Origin: Armatimonadota bacterium
GTDB lineage: Bacteria; Armatimonadota; SYMT01
NCBI GenBank assembly: GCA_041690135.1
Contig: JAWLHY010000002.1
Coordinates: forward strand, 1,168,342 to 1,232,341
Direction of reading: 5' to 3'
Length of the DNA: 64,000 nt
Of the stretch, positions 47,134-57,892 are shown one piece after another. The notes beneath the pieces were generated by a model. The model was not told the DNA's origin. It did no database searches and saw only the letters and a program-made list of their open reading frames with translations. Positions within the stretch are counted from its first letter, which is position 1. Each line of letters opens with the position of its first letter. Both the position numbers and the translations under genes were made by a program.

Positions 47134-49563
47134 ATGAGCCAAACCGCGAAAACGCTGGGGATCCTGGGGGCCCTCCTGGCGGGTGCGGCCCTGCATGCCG
47201 CGGAAACGCCCCAAGGACGCGTTCCGGCCAAGCCGCAAGCGCCCACGCCTGCGAAGGCGGCAGCCGCGGACCTGGCCACCGTGGCCCGGCCATTTCTGCA
47301 GGCGCACTGCCTCCGCTGCCACGGCGCTGAGCAGGCAAAGGCAGGACTGCGGCTCGACCGGATGGGGGCCGATCTTTCCCAGGCGGCCACGCTCCGACAG
47401 TGGCAGAAGATCGCCGCCCGGGTCCATGCCGGTGAGATGCCGCCGCCGGGACAGCCGCGACCGAAGCCCGAGTTGGTAACCGCCTTCCTCAAGCACCTCA
47501 CGCCCCGGCTGGACGAGGCCGCCGCAAAGCAGCGGGCGGAGGGGCGGGTGGTGCTGCGGCGCCTGAACCGGGTGGAGTACGAGAACACCGTCCGCGACTT
47601 GTTCGCGGTCCGCGTCTCCGTGAAGGAGATGCTGCCGGAGGACGCCGTTTCCCACGGGTTCGATAACGTCGGCGCCGCGCTCAACGTCTCGCCCGCCCAG
47701 ATCGAGCAGTACCTCGAGGCTGCTGACGCGGTCCTCGACGCGGCCCTGGAGCCGGTCCACCGCCTGGAGAGCACCACGCAGCGTTTCGAGCTCTACGACT
47801 CGCTCCCCTCGTGGTTCCAGCCGCGTGTCTGGAAACAGGAAGACGGCGTGGTGCTCTTCTCCCCGCAGCACGAGTCCGCCACCTGGCTCGGCAAGTTCCG
47901 CGCTCCGGCGCCCGGCCGCTACCGGTTCCGGGTCTCCGCCTCCACGCACAACTCGCAGGTGCCATTGCCCCTCGCCGTGCTCCTCGGCTACTTCAATGTG
48001 AAGGGCCGGCCGATCCAGCACCAGGGTTACTACGACGTGCCGCCCGGCCCACCGACCACCCTCCAGTTCGAGCGGCGCTTCCTGGCGAAGAACGACACGA
48101 TCAAGGTGGGTCCGGTGGACATGCCGTTCGTCTACCTCAACCAGCAGAAGATGCCGGGGTACCCCGGTCCGGGGCTGAAGATCCACTGGATCGAGATCGA
48201 GGGGCCCCTCCCGGAAACATGGCCCTCTGAGAGTTACCGGCGGGTGTTCGGAGACATGGACCCGAAGACCGGTACCCTGGCCGACGCGGAGCGGCTGCTG
48301 CGCGACCTCCTGCCCCGGGCGTTCCGGCGACCGGTGGCGGAGAACGAGGTCCGGCCGTACCTGGCGCTGGTCGAGGCGTCTCTCCAGTCGGGGCAGGGCT
48401 TCGCGGAGTCGCTGCGGGCGGGCATCAAGGGGGTGCTGGTCTCACCGAAGTTCCTCTACCTGCGCGAGCCCGCGGGCGTGCTGGACGACCACGCGCTGGC
48501 GACCCGGCTCTCCTACTTCCTCTGGAGCACGATGCCGGACGAGACTCTCATCGCGCTGGCCCGTAAAGGGGAGCTACGCCGCCCGGAAGTGCTTCGTGCC
48601 CAGGTGGAGCGGATGCTGGGAGACCCCCGGTCGTCGGCCTTCACAGAGAACTTCACCGGCCAGTGGCTCGGCCTGCGCAACATCGAGGCCACCACGCCCG
48701 ACAAGCAGCTATACCCGGAGTATGAAGAGCTGCTCCAGTGGTCCTCCGTGCGGGAGACGCAGCTCTTCTTCGACAAGCTGCTCCGCGAGAACCTGGGCGT
48801 GCGGAACTTCGTCGACTCGGACTTCGCGATGTTGAATGGCCGGCTGGCGAAGCATTACGGCATCCCCGGCGTCGAGGGGGTGAAGTTCCGGGAAGTTCCC
48901 TTGAAGCCGGAATACCACCGCGGCGGCGTGCTCACCCACGCCAGCGTCCTCAAGGTCACCGCGAACGGGACGAACACCTCGCCCGTGCTGCGTGGCGCCT
49001 GGGTGCTGGACCGGATCCTGGGCCAGCCGGCGCCCCCGCCGCCCGCGAACGTGCCCGCCATCGAGCCGGACATCCGCGGCGCGTCCACCATCCGCGAGCA
49101 GCTCGCGAAGCACCGGGAAGACCCATCCTGCGCCGACTGTCATGCCCGGATCGATCCGCCCGGCTTCGCGCTGGAGAGCTACGATGTGATTGGTGGGTGG
49201 CGCGACCGGTACCGGGTGGTCGCGGACCGGAAGGACTGGGTCAAGAACCGGGTGGGACCCCTCGCGCCGTACCTCGCCGCCTGGCAATACGGCCTGGGCA
49301 AGCCGGTGGAGGCGGGCGGCGCCCTGGCGGACGGCCGCGGGTTTACGGACCTGGCGGAGTTCAAAAAGCTGCTGCTGGCCCAGCCGGACCAGATCGCCCG
49401 AAACGTGACGGAGAAGCTGGCCACCTACGCCACGGGCCAGCCGGTGGGTCCCGGCGACCGAGCGGCGGTGGACGCGATCCTGGCGCAGACCCGGTCCTCG
49501 GGCTACGGCCTCCGTTCGCTCGTCCACGCGGTGGTCGCCAGTGACCTTTTCAGAAGGAAGTGA
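47134..49563 (+). CDS. DUF1592 family protein with c-type heme motifs
   Basis: CLRCH, CADCH; RRLNRVEYENTVRDL; TSPVLRGAWVL. Confidence 0.9.
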   Translation: MSQTAKTLGILGALLAGAALHAAETPQGRVPAKPQAPTPAKAAAADLATVARPFLQAHCLRCHGAEQAKAGLRLDRMGADLSQAATLRQWQKIAARVHAGEMPPPGQPRPKPELVTAFLKHLTPRLDEAAAKQRAEGRVVLRRLNRVEYENTVRDLFAVRVSVKEMLPEDAVSHGFDNVGAALNVSPAQIEQYLEAADAVLDAALEPVHRLESTTQRFELYDSLPSWFQPRVWKQEDGVVLFSPQHESATWLGKFRAPAPGRYRFRVSASTHNSQVPLPLAVLLGYFNVKGRPIQHQGYYDVPPGPPTTLQFERRFLAKNDTIKVGPVDMPFVYLNQQKMPGYPGPGLKIHWIEIEGPLPETWPSESYRRVFGDMDPKTGTLADAERLLRDLLPRAFRRPVAENEVRPYLALVEASLQSGQGFAESLRAGIKGVLVSPKFLYLREPAGVLDDHALATRLSYFLWSTMPDETLIALARKGELRRPEVLRAQVERMLGDPRSSAFTENFTGQWLGLRNIEATTPDKQLYPEYEELLQWSSVRETQLFFDKLLRENLGVRNFVDSDFAMLNGRLAKHYGIPGVEGVKFREVPLKPEYHRGGVLTHASVLKVTANGTNTSPVLRGAWVLDRILGQPAPPPPANVPAIEPDIRGASTIREQLAKHREDPSCADCHARIDPPGFALESYDVIGGWRDRYRVVADRKDWVKNRVGPLAPYLAAWQYGLGKPVEAGGALADGRGFTDLAEFKKLLLAQPDQIARNVTEKLATYATGQPVGPGDRAAVDAILAQTRSSGYGLRSLVHAVVASDLFRRK

Positions 49564-49567
49564 TCCG

Positions 49568-50845
49568 ATGAGCGTGAGAATTCCCCGACGCACCTTCCTC
49601 CGCGGGGCCGGAGTCACCCTGGCACTGCCGCTGCTGGAAGCGATGACCCCGTCCCGAGTGCGGGCCGCGGGCGCCGCTCCCATGGGGCCGCCCCGGCGGA
49701 TGATCTGCATCAACACCACGCTGGGCCTCCACACGCCCAACCTGTTCCCGGCGAAAGCGGGTCCGGACTACGAGCTGACGCCGTATTTGGAGCCGATTAA
49801 GGAGTTCCGCGGCGACTTCACGGTCTTCTCCGGTCTCTCGCACCCGCAGGTGGACGGCGGTCACACTTCGGAGCTCTGCTACCTCACCGCGGCGCCGCAT
49901 CCCACCGGGGACAGCTTCAAGAACACGATCTCCCTGGACCAGTACGCGGTGGAGAAGCTGGTTCCGGATACGCGGTTCGGCTCGCTGGTCCTGGCCTCGT
50001 CGCACAACGGGATCTCCATCACCCGCAGCGGGGTGCAGATTCCCGCGGAGCGAAGCCCGTCGCGCCTGTTCAAGAGCCTGTTCGTGGACGGGACCCCCGC
50101 GGAGGTGAACACCCGCGTGCAGCGGCTCAAACAGGGGCAGAGTATTATGGACGCCGTGCTGGAGGAAGCGCGGGACTTCCAGAAGGGCCTGGGCGCGCAG
50201 GACCGCACCAAGCTGGAAGAGTACTTCACCTCGGTCCGCGAGGTCGAGAAGCGGATGGTCAAGGCCCAGGAGTGGGCCCGTCGTCCCAAGCCGAAGGTCG
50301 GGGCGAAACCGCCCGTCGACATCAACAGCTCCGTGGAGGTGGTCGCGCGGGTCCGGCTGATGCTGGACATCATGCACCTGGCGCTCCAGACCGACTCCAC
50401 CCGCTTCATCACCTTCGCGCTGAACGGCCTCAACGCCGTGCCGGTGATCCAGGGCGTGACGCAGGACTGGCACAACCTCTCCCACCACGGCCAGGACCCT
50501 ACCAAGCTCGCGGAGTTGAAGGTGATCGAGATCCAGCAGATGGCGCTCTTCGGCGAGCTGCTCGCGAAGCTCAAGGGCACCCGCGAGGACGGGGGCACGC
50601 TGCTGGACCGCACCATCGTGCTGTTCGGCAGCAACCTGGGGAACGCCAGCAGTCACGATACCCGCAACCTGCCGATCCTGGTGGCGGGCGGCGGCTTCCG
50701 GCACGGACGGCACCTCGCCTTCGATCCGCGGAAGCACCCGCCGCTGTGCAACCTGTACGTGCAGTTCCTCCAGCGACTCGGGGCGGAGGTGGACGCTTTC
50801 GGCTCCAGCACCGGCACGCTGCCGGGCTTCGAGCTGTTGGCGTGA
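49568..50845 (+). CDS. DUF1552 domain protein
   Basis: PRRTFLRGAGVTLALP; WHNLSHHG; NLPILVAGG. Confidence 0.9.
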   Translation: MSVRIPRRTFLRGAGVTLALPLLEAMTPSRVRAAGAAPMGPPRRMICINTTLGLHTPNLFPAKAGPDYELTPYLEPIKEFRGDFTVFSGLSHPQVDGGHTSELCYLTAAPHPTGDSFKNTISLDQYAVEKLVPDTRFGSLVLASSHNGISITRSGVQIPAERSPSRLFKSLFVDGTPAEVNTRVQRLKQGQSIMDAVLEEARDFQKGLGAQDRTKLEEYFTSVREVEKRMVKAQEWARRPKPKVGAKPPVDINSSVEVVARVRLMLDIMHLALQTDSTRFITFALNGLNAVPVIQGVTQDWHNLSHHGQDPTKLAELKVIEIQQMALFGELLAKLKGTREDGGTLLDRTIVLFGSNLGNASSHDTRNLPILVAGGGFRHGRHLAFDPRKHPPLCNLYVQFLQRLGAEVDAFGSSTGTLPGFELLA

Positions 50846-50963
50846 TTCATTGGGTATATAAGGCAGATTGCCGTGAGTGGAGCTTCCTGGTGGTGTCATT
50901 CGAGAGTAGCCGCCCCATCGGCTTGAAGGGCAGCCGGTCCTTCGCCTTCGTGCTCCCATAACC

Positions 50964-51890
50964 ATGACGTACCGGCAACTCCTGCGAGACCAGTTCAGCT
51001 TCGGCCGCGAAACGTATGGGGCAGACTCCTATCCGATGCGCAAAGGCCTGCCCGAACTGGTGGCAGAGCTCGAAGAGGGTACACGGACGGACGCGAACTC
51101 GGACCTGCATTTCATCCTGTGTTTGCTCGCGTTCGCCCATCTCGGCTACCCTTGCAGCTTCGATACGCGGCAGATACTGCATCTGGGCGTGGATATCATC
51201 TTGCACTTCATCCGGGGAGAGTGGATCAAATATCGCCCGGACCTGAGCCCGACTATCGACAAACGCGCGGACAATCCGGAACTGGAGTGGTTCGGCGCCT
51301 TTCGCCAGGGCTTGTTGGTCTCCCTGCTGTCGGACCGGGAAGCCGGGCTGCGCGAGCTTGCCGATTGGCCCGAGCCCTGGATGGAGACCGATCACACGAT
51401 TCTGCCCGGGCTGCGCCTGGATCCGCTCTATGCCACGCTCTACCTGGTGATCGCCCACGAGTTCCGGTCTGTGCCGTTTGCCGATGTCGAACAACTGCGG
51501 AGTAAGCTCCAGGTCGCTCGCAAGAAGCCGCTCCAGCTCCTCCACGGCACCTGGGAAGCCGTGCTCGCACGGGACCAGGAAAGCTTCGCACAGGGGATTG
51601 TGAAATCGGTCCAGGAGTGGGAGCGCTCTTACGACGGACACTGCGCCCACCCCAAGAACTGCATCGCCGAAGACGCATCCGTGCTCCTCGCCGCCGGCCG
51701 CCGGTTAGGAATGGAGCTTCCCGAGTTCGAACCCGTGATTGCCGCGCGACTGCTGACGCGGGAGTCGATCCGGCTGGGAACCTGTCATGTGGACCTCCGG
51801 GCCGGCGACCGCTCCGGCGGGCCATCGGCGCCGCCGGACCCCTTTCGCAAACTGCTGACTGATTTCGGGATTGGTAGGCGGGACGACTGA
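50964..51890 (+). CDS. Hypothetical helical protein, possibly Imm49-like immunity protein
   Basis: Helical pattern; C-terminal IAEDASVLLAAGRRLGM is loosely Imm49-like. Confidence 0.4.
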   Translation: MTYRQLLRDQFSFGRETYGADSYPMRKGLPELVAELEEGTRTDANSDLHFILCLLAFAHLGYPCSFDTRQILHLGVDIILHFIRGEWIKYRPDLSPTIDKRADNPELEWFGAFRQGLLVSLLSDREAGLRELADWPEPWMETDHTILPGLRLDPLYATLYLVIAHEFRSVPFADVEQLRSKLQVARKKPLQLLHGTWEAVLARDQESFAQGIVKSVQEWERSYDGHCAHPKNCIAEDASVLLAAGRRLGMELPEFEPVIAARLLTRESIRLGTCHVDLRAGDRSGGPSAPPDPFRKLLTDFGIGRRDD

Positions 51891-52176
51891 AAGCCGTCGG
51901 TCCGAACCTGGGGGTCATCCGATGTCGCTGCAACCCCACGTCTTTCCTATCGCCCGCCCCGACGAGGCGACATGGCAGAACCGGGGCAAGGCCTTCCGCA
52001 TGTCTCCTCTGGCGGGAGCCGATCGTCTTCTCCTGTTCGGAAGGCAACGCCTGGCCGCAAGGAGCAACGGAGCCTCGTGCAGAACTCTAAGGGAGTTTTC
52101 CGGTACCGGTCTTCGCAACCACTTCCAAGATCCCTTCCGCGTGCCGTAACGCGCGAGGTCCCGTTTAGAGGTCAAG

Positions 52177-53142
52177 ATGCCATCCACTCGACGTGAGATA
52201 TTGAAGCGTGCCGCCGCCGCGGGCACAGTTTCCCTGGCGGCGCTGGAGCCGCTGACTTCCGCTGCCGCGGCCTCCTCCATCCCGATGATCGACACCCACC
52301 AGCACCTGTGGGACGGCGAGTCCCTGCGCATCGCCTGGCTCAAGGACCCGGGCGCGGCCAAGGTGGCGGGCCGTCACAACATGGCGGACTACCTGCGCGA
52401 GGCGAAGGGGCTGGGGATCGTCAAGACCATCTACATGGAAGTGGATGCGGACGAGGACCAGCAGATGCGGGAAGCCCAGTTCGTCATCTCCACCTGCAAG
52501 GGCGGCAAGACCCCGATGCGGAAGGGGGTCGTCTCCGGTCGTCCCAACTCTCCCGGGTTCCTCAAGTACGCCGCCGCGCTGAAGGACTCCGAGTACATCA
52601 AGGGCTTCCGGCAGATCCTCCATCCCCCCAATCGCCCGCGCGGCCTCTGCCTGCAGCCGCAGTTCGTCAAGAGCATCCAGCAACTCGGAGAATGGGGCAA
52701 GAGCTACGATATTTGCATCCGCCCCGGCGAACTGGCGGACGGCTACAAGCTGGCGGACCTCTGCCCCAACACCAGCTTCATCCTGGACCACTGCGGAAAC
52801 GGTGAAGCGAACTGGGGCGGCAAGGGACCGGAATTCCAGGCCTGGAAGGACGGGATTTCCGAATTCGCCCTCCGGATGAATGTGAGCTGCAAGCTTTCCG
52901 GTGTGATCAAGACCTGCAAGGACACGCCGAACAAGGCCGCGCAACTCCGACCTCTCGTCGACCACGTGATCGACGCCTTCGGGCCGGACCGGGTGATCTG
53001 GGCCAGCGACTGGCCGGTCTGCGAGTTCACCGCCTCCCTGAAGGAGTGGGTGGATGTGGCGCACGCCCTCACCAGCGACCTGCCCAGCGCGGATCGGAAG
53101 AAGATCTTCCACGATAACGCGGTGAAGTTCTACCGCGTGTAG
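52177..53142 (+). CDS. Amidohydrolase_2 family protein, Tat-like signal
   Basis: TRREILK; IDTHQHLW; ILDHCG; WASDWPV. Confidence 0.9.
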   Translation: MPSTRREILKRAAAAGTVSLAALEPLTSAAAASSIPMIDTHQHLWDGESLRIAWLKDPGAAKVAGRHNMADYLREAKGLGIVKTIYMEVDADEDQQMREAQFVISTCKGGKTPMRKGVVSGRPNSPGFLKYAAALKDSEYIKGFRQILHPPNRPRGLCLQPQFVKSIQQLGEWGKSYDICIRPGELADGYKLADLCPNTSFILDHCGNGEANWGGKGPEFQAWKDGISEFALRMNVSCKLSGVIKTCKDTPNKAAQLRPLVDHVIDAFGPDRVIWASDWPVCEFTASLKEWVDVAHALTSDLPSADRKKIFHDNAVKFYRV

Positions 53143-53489
53143 GTGGCCTTTGCATGGAGGGGGCCCGTTCAAGCCGGGGCCCCTCCAACTGCGGCCTCTC
53201 CGACTAGAGTTCCCGCGCCATTGCTGATGCTTGGAACCAGGGTTACTTGTCACCCCAGTTCTGATCGCCCTCGCTCGCTCTGCGCCGCGGCAGTACCGGT
53301 TCTTGGTGAACGGTATGGTCTTTGTTATTGCACCGATGTAGGGCAGGTTTTCCGATGCCTGCCTGGCACTGGGTTCGCACCTGTCTTGCCGTGTGGGGCT
53401 CCGATTACCCTGGCCTATGCGAGGCCTTCCCGTCCGGTGTCGAGCATTGTGCTACGCTGGCTGCCCGGGTTTTTGTTCGCCTTGCTGAC

Positions 53490-54258
53490 CAGCTACCGTG
53501 TAGTCCCCCCGCGCCCTAGTCACCCGCAGGCTCCCTCACGCGACAATCGGCCCTGCGCTCGGCCTTTCACGCTCGTCCCTCGCTAGCGGCCGGCTCCGGG
53601 CGCAAAATACGCAATTGGCTCCCCGCGTGAAGACTGGCGGCGTGGCCCAGATTGGCGGTTAACGGGAGCCTGCGGGCGCCGTCGAGCGACCTCCCCCTCT
53701 GGGGAGGTCACAAGAGGGGGCGTCCGACACGCCCCCAGTGATTCCGGTAGCCGCTCAACTGATGTCAACGATCCGCACTTCTGCCGAACCTGTGGCCGAC
53801 CTATCGGCTCGATGTGTTGCCCCGTTGGGTAACTCACTCGCGGGGGTCCGACACCCCAGGGGTCAGACGGCAGTCTGCTTTTCGTTCTGAACTCCATACC
53901 CTTGTATGTCCATCCGTCACCATAGGTTAGAACCGCCATCGAACCTCAGGCCGACGGGTCGGCCAGGATGTGGCTCCCCCTGGGGGGAGCGGCTTAAGCT
54001 GGAGAGGGGACGACCGTTCACGCCTGGCGGAAGGCACAGTGCCAGGCCGTTGCGCGGGAAGTTGATTTGCCAGGCACGTCCGGAGCCGGCCGCTAGCGAG
54101 GGACGAGCGTGAAAGGCCGAGCGGAGGACCAGACTCGCGGGAGGGCGTCCCCTCGGAGGTGAGGGCCGGGGGGACTTACCGGTAGCCGCAAAGCGAGAGA
54201 TGAAACACCACCGTTGTTGATGAGCTCAATGGTTCGCGGCACACCGCCCCCTGTGAAA
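53490..54258. repeat. Repeat family B, copy 2
   Basis: Same inverted arms (53549-53602 and ~54075-54130), internal hairpins and right flank as copy 1. Confidence 0.7.
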
Positions 54259-54259
54259 G

Positions 54260-54847
54260 CTATCGCTCCGGCCGCTCCGGCAACTCCACCCGCGCATAGA
54301 TCTCTGCCAGCGAGAGCGTTATCTCCGCCACCGCATCCAGGGGCACGGCGGCATCGGGACCCTCGAATTCCTGAAATACCCATTCCTCTGCGCGTCGCTC
54401 GAACCGCTCGACGCGCATCCGATCTGAGGAGACCACCCAGTACTCTCGCAGCGAAGTTATGCGACGGTAGTGCCCAAACTTCGCGCCGCGGTCGTAGGCT
54501 TCGGTGGACGGAGAGAGGACCTCGATCAGCACGGCAGGATTGACCAGCGTGTTCGGGTCTTCGGGATCGAACTCTTCCGGGGCGCAGGCGATCGAGAGAT
54601 CGGGGTAGGTATAGAAGCCCAGGGTGGGGATACCGACCCTCTGATCGCTTCCAATGGGCTGACAGGGAGATGTGCGAAGTGCGGCCCAGAGTAGCCCGGT
54701 CAGGTTGGCAGTGATCTGGTTGTGCGCCCGTGACGCTCCGGCCATCGCGTAGAGCCGGCCGTTCACCAGTTCATGACGGATGGGAGAGTCTCGCTCGAAC
54801 GCCAGATACTCAGCGGGCGAAATGGATCGGTCTTCAGCGGCGGACAT
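54260..54847 (-). CDS. Uma2 family endonuclease
   Basis: HELVNG; MAGAS..H; YPD; EVLSPSTEAYDRGAKF. Confidence 0.92.
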   Translation of the reverse strand: MSAAEDRSISPAEYLAFERDSPIRHELVNGRLYAMAGASRAHNQITANLTGLLWAALRTSPCQPIGSDQRVGIPTLGFYTYPDLSIACAPEEFDPEDPNTLVNPAVLIEVLSPSTEAYDRGAKFGHYRRITSLREYWVVSSDRMRVERFERRAEEWVFQEFEGPDAAVPLDAVAEITLSLAEIYARVELPERPER

Positions 54848-54895
54848 GGAGGCGAATCTCTTGGTGTTAGGTGTGGGGGCCAGGTCTTGTGGGAG

Positions 54896-55065
54896 CTAAG
54901 GGGTTGGGGCGAGTAACTGGGAAGGTACGGTTTCCCTGAGGGAGGCCGACACCCGCGCGCGGGTACCCGGCGCCGTCACTCCGGCAAGCCTCGCGGACCT
55001 GCGTGGAGAAACAGGCTTGTACCGAACGGTCAAAAACTGGCCAGATTCTTCCCCCAACCCCTTAG
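54896..55065. mobile_element. MITE family A copy with perfect 14-bp TIRs
   Basis: CTAAGGGGTTGGGG ... CCCCAACCCCTTAG. Confidence 0.8.
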
Positions 55066-55150
55066 TGCCGGCGAGTAAGGGTATGTCCCACCCCTCAATT
55101 GTAACAGTCCCTTTCGCTCTGGTCGGCACCAACGTACCGGATGTCTCGGA

Positions 55151-56836
55151 TCACTTCACCGCTTCGCCATCGTAAAGCGGCAGCATCACCCGGGACGGGT
55201 GCTTTGCGGAGAGGTGTATCGTATTCGTGGCCACGCGGCCCTTGCCGGGCGTAAAGTGCGGTTCGCCGGTGTTCGGGTTCGGCTCGAAGCGAGGGGCATT
55301 GGACGAGGAGACGGCGATCCGGATGCGGTGGCCCTTGTTGAACACCTGCGACGTGCTCCAGAGGTCCACGTTCAGCTCGTAGACCCTGCCGGGCTCCAGC
55401 AGCTCGCGCTTCGAGAAGCTCTTGCGGAGCGAGGCGCGTCGGATGCCGTCGGTCACTAGCAGGGAACGGCCGTCGGGGTAGACGTCCGTAAGCTTCACCG
55501 TAAAGTCGGTGTCCGGTCCGTCCGTGGAAACGTAAAGCTTTGCGGAGACGCGGCCGGTTACCTCCGCCGCCTGCATCAGCGGCTCGCTGGTGAAGACGAG
55601 GACGTCCGGACGGGACTCCACCGGGCGTTGGTCCATCGGCCCTTTGGCTATCCCCAGGTTCTGGCCGCCGGTCGTGGGCACCGGTTTCTCGGGGTCGTAC
55701 TTGTAGGTAAGGTCGCGCTCGCCGTCTGGCTTTTTCAACGAGAGCTTGCCGTCCGCGCGAAGATACAGCGGCGTCGGCGTGGAGGGGGGCGGCCACGTGT
55801 CCGCCGAGCGCCACGCGTTGCCCGGCGAGTCGGCCTCTCCCACCGCGCCCATCACATAGTAGTGGACCGGCTTCAGCTTTTCCACGGCCGGGTCCGGCTT
55901 CTGCGCCCAGTGCCCGATGACGTTCATCGGTGCGATGAGGTTGAGCGGTGCCTCGCTGGCTCCCGGGTACTCGACCTTCTCGGCATACGCGCCGTGGGCC
56001 TGCGGTCCGATCACCAGGAAGCACTTCCCCCGGGCGCCGGGCCCGCCCCGCTTCTGGATATTCACAAACGAGTTGATCGTCCCCTGGACGAAGATGTCGT
56101 GCCAGCCGCCGATGAACACGCCCGGAGCATTCACCTGCTCGGCATGGGCGTCGGCGCTGAGCCCCTGCCAGAATTCGTCGTAAGTGGGATGCGCGAGGAA
56201 CGTCTTCAGGTTGACGTCCTCCATCCGGGTAGCCTTGAGCCAGCCTTCCAGCAACTCCTTCCGCCACACGCCGCCCTGGTAAGCCGCCTGGTGGTAGTAG
56301 TCCGAAAAGGCCATAAGCACGACCTGGCCCTTTAGCGCTTCCGGGGCATTCGGCGCGGCCATGTTCTGCGTGATGCCCAGCGCGGAGGCGCCCCAGGTCA
56401 CCACCTTCCCATTCGACCACGGCTGCTTCGCGATCCAGCGGAGGGTATCGTGACCGTCCTGATGCTTGCCGCCCAGGCCGTCGTTCGCGAAGATGATGGC
56501 ATGATTCCCCTCCGAGGCGAACCGGCCGCGCATGTCCTGTGAGACCACGGCGTAACCCATGCGCCCCAGTGCTTCGAGCTGGGCTTTACCCACTCCCTTT
56601 CCGTAAGGGGTGCGGGCCAGGATCGTGGGGAACGGCGGCTGTTTGCCGGGTGGCACATACACGTCGGTCGCGAGCCGGATCCCGTCCGCCATCGGCACCA
56701 TCACGGTCTGCAGCCCGGCCTGACCCTTCCCTTGCGCCGCCGCGCGCACGCCCCGTCCGGCCGCACACCCTCCCAGCGCGGCCGCCGCCAGAAGGAGACC
56801 GATGCCGGTGACCCGAACGCCGAATGGGAGAGTCAT
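55151..56836 (-). CDS. CocE/NonD family hydrolase (likely lipoprotein)
   Basis: RTPYGK; QDMRGRFASEG; WGASALG; GGWHDIF; LGGC lipobox-like motif. Confidence 0.9.
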   Translation of the reverse strand: MTLPFGVRVTGIGLLLAAAALGGCAAGRGVRAAAQGKGQAGLQTVMVPMADGIRLATDVYVPPGKQPPFPTILARTPYGKGVGKAQLEALGRMGYAVVSQDMRGRFASEGNHAIIFANDGLGGKHQDGHDTLRWIAKQPWSNGKVVTWGASALGITQNMAAPNAPEALKGQVVLMAFSDYYHQAAYQGGVWRKELLEGWLKATRMEDVNLKTFLAHPTYDEFWQGLSADAHAEQVNAPGVFIGGWHDIFVQGTINSFVNIQKRGGPGARGKCFLVIGPQAHGAYAEKVEYPGASEAPLNLIAPMNVIGHWAQKPDPAVEKLKPVHYYVMGAVGEADSPGNAWRSADTWPPPSTPTPLYLRADGKLSLKKPDGERDLTYKYDPEKPVPTTGGQNLGIAKGPMDQRPVESRPDVLVFTSEPLMQAAEVTGRVSAKLYVSTDGPDTDFTVKLTDVYPDGRSLLVTDGIRRASLRKSFSKRELLEPGRVYELNVDLWSTSQVFNKGHRIRIAVSSSNAPRFEPNPNTGEPHFTPGKGRVATNTIHLSAKHPSRVMLPLYDGEAVK

Positions 56837-57061
56837 GACCGCTGTTCCTCCACCTACCGCCTCCAACAGGAGCCTTGCTTCGGCAGTTGGCTGGCTGAGG
56901 TCCCGATCCCTGCCGGAACCCATCTAGCGTACTCCAAAGGCGGCAGATTCTGGGTGGGAATACTCCATTCGGTTTACTTTCTGGCGGGCAAGGAGGAAGC
57001 AGGTTGCCCGGATAAGAAAAGGACGGGTGTGCTACGATCCAACTGGCGTAAGGGGGAGCGA

Positions 57062-57766
57062 ATGAAACGGTGGTTCGCAGTTAGCGGGTTAGGGTTGTTG
57101 GCGACGTTACTGGGAGGCGCGCAGCCGGCCATGGCGCAGACGGTGCTGGCGGCAAGCCACTTTGACGCTGATCGCGAAGGCTGGGTGGCGCAGGATCTCG
57201 GCAGCCCGAACCCCGGTGCACCACCGGTTCATCTTGCCACCTACATTCCTACATACCAGAGCACCGGAGGTAATCCGGGCGGGCACCTGCAGTTGGGAGA
57301 CCCCACTGGGAACGCCTGGTACTGGTACGCCCCCGGCGCCTTCTTGGGCAATAAATCGAGTGCCTATGGGGGCACGCTCTCCTACCAGCTCAAGGTGACG
57401 GGTGGCACGGAACCATTCACGCAACCGGATGTGATTCTTGTGGGGGGCGGGCTGACGCTCGTCCGCGGGAACCTGGCGCCTCCCGGGTCGGTGAGTTTCA
57501 ACTCCTACCAGTTGAACCTCTCGGAGACGGGTTGGACCCGGAACGCCCTGGGAGGGGTGGCCGCTACAGACGAGGATATGAAGACGGTGCTGGGTAATCT
57601 CTCGCACCTCTATATTCGGGGGGAATACCGGGCCGGAACGGACACCGGCTATCTGGACAACGTGGTGCTGACCAGCGCGGCGCCGACCGCGGTCCCGGAG
57701 CCGGGCTCGCTGTTGCTCTTCCTGCCGGCCCTGGCGGCGGTAGTGGCGCTGCGGCGCAAGCAGTAA
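57062..57766 (+). CDS. PEP-CTERM protein with laminin-B-like domain
   Basis: Signal peptide; FLGNKSSAYGGTLSY; VPEPGSLLLFLPALAAVVALRRKQ. Confidence 0.85.
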   Translation: MKRWFAVSGLGLLATLLGGAQPAMAQTVLAASHFDADREGWVAQDLGSPNPGAPPVHLATYIPTYQSTGGNPGGHLQLGDPTGNAWYWYAPGAFLGNKSSAYGGTLSYQLKVTGGTEPFTQPDVILVGGGLTLVRGNLAPPGSVSFNSYQLNLSETGWTRNALGGVAATDEDMKTVLGNLSHLYIRGEYRAGTDTGYLDNVVLTSAAPTAVPEPGSLLLFLPALAAVVALRRKQ

Positions 57767-57850
57767 TTGACCTCCCGTATACCCAAGCCGCTTCAACCAC
57801 CTACCGAACGTTTACTCTCCAAAGGGGGCCTGAACGCCGACTGCCGGCCG

Positions 57851-57892
57851 CCTGACCACCCGACCACCTGAACACCTGAACACCCGACCACC
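57851..57892. repeat. 8-bp tandem repeat (CCTGAACA/CCCGACCA variants)
   Basis: cctgacca cccgacca cctgaaca cctgaaca cccgacca. Confidence 0.7.
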
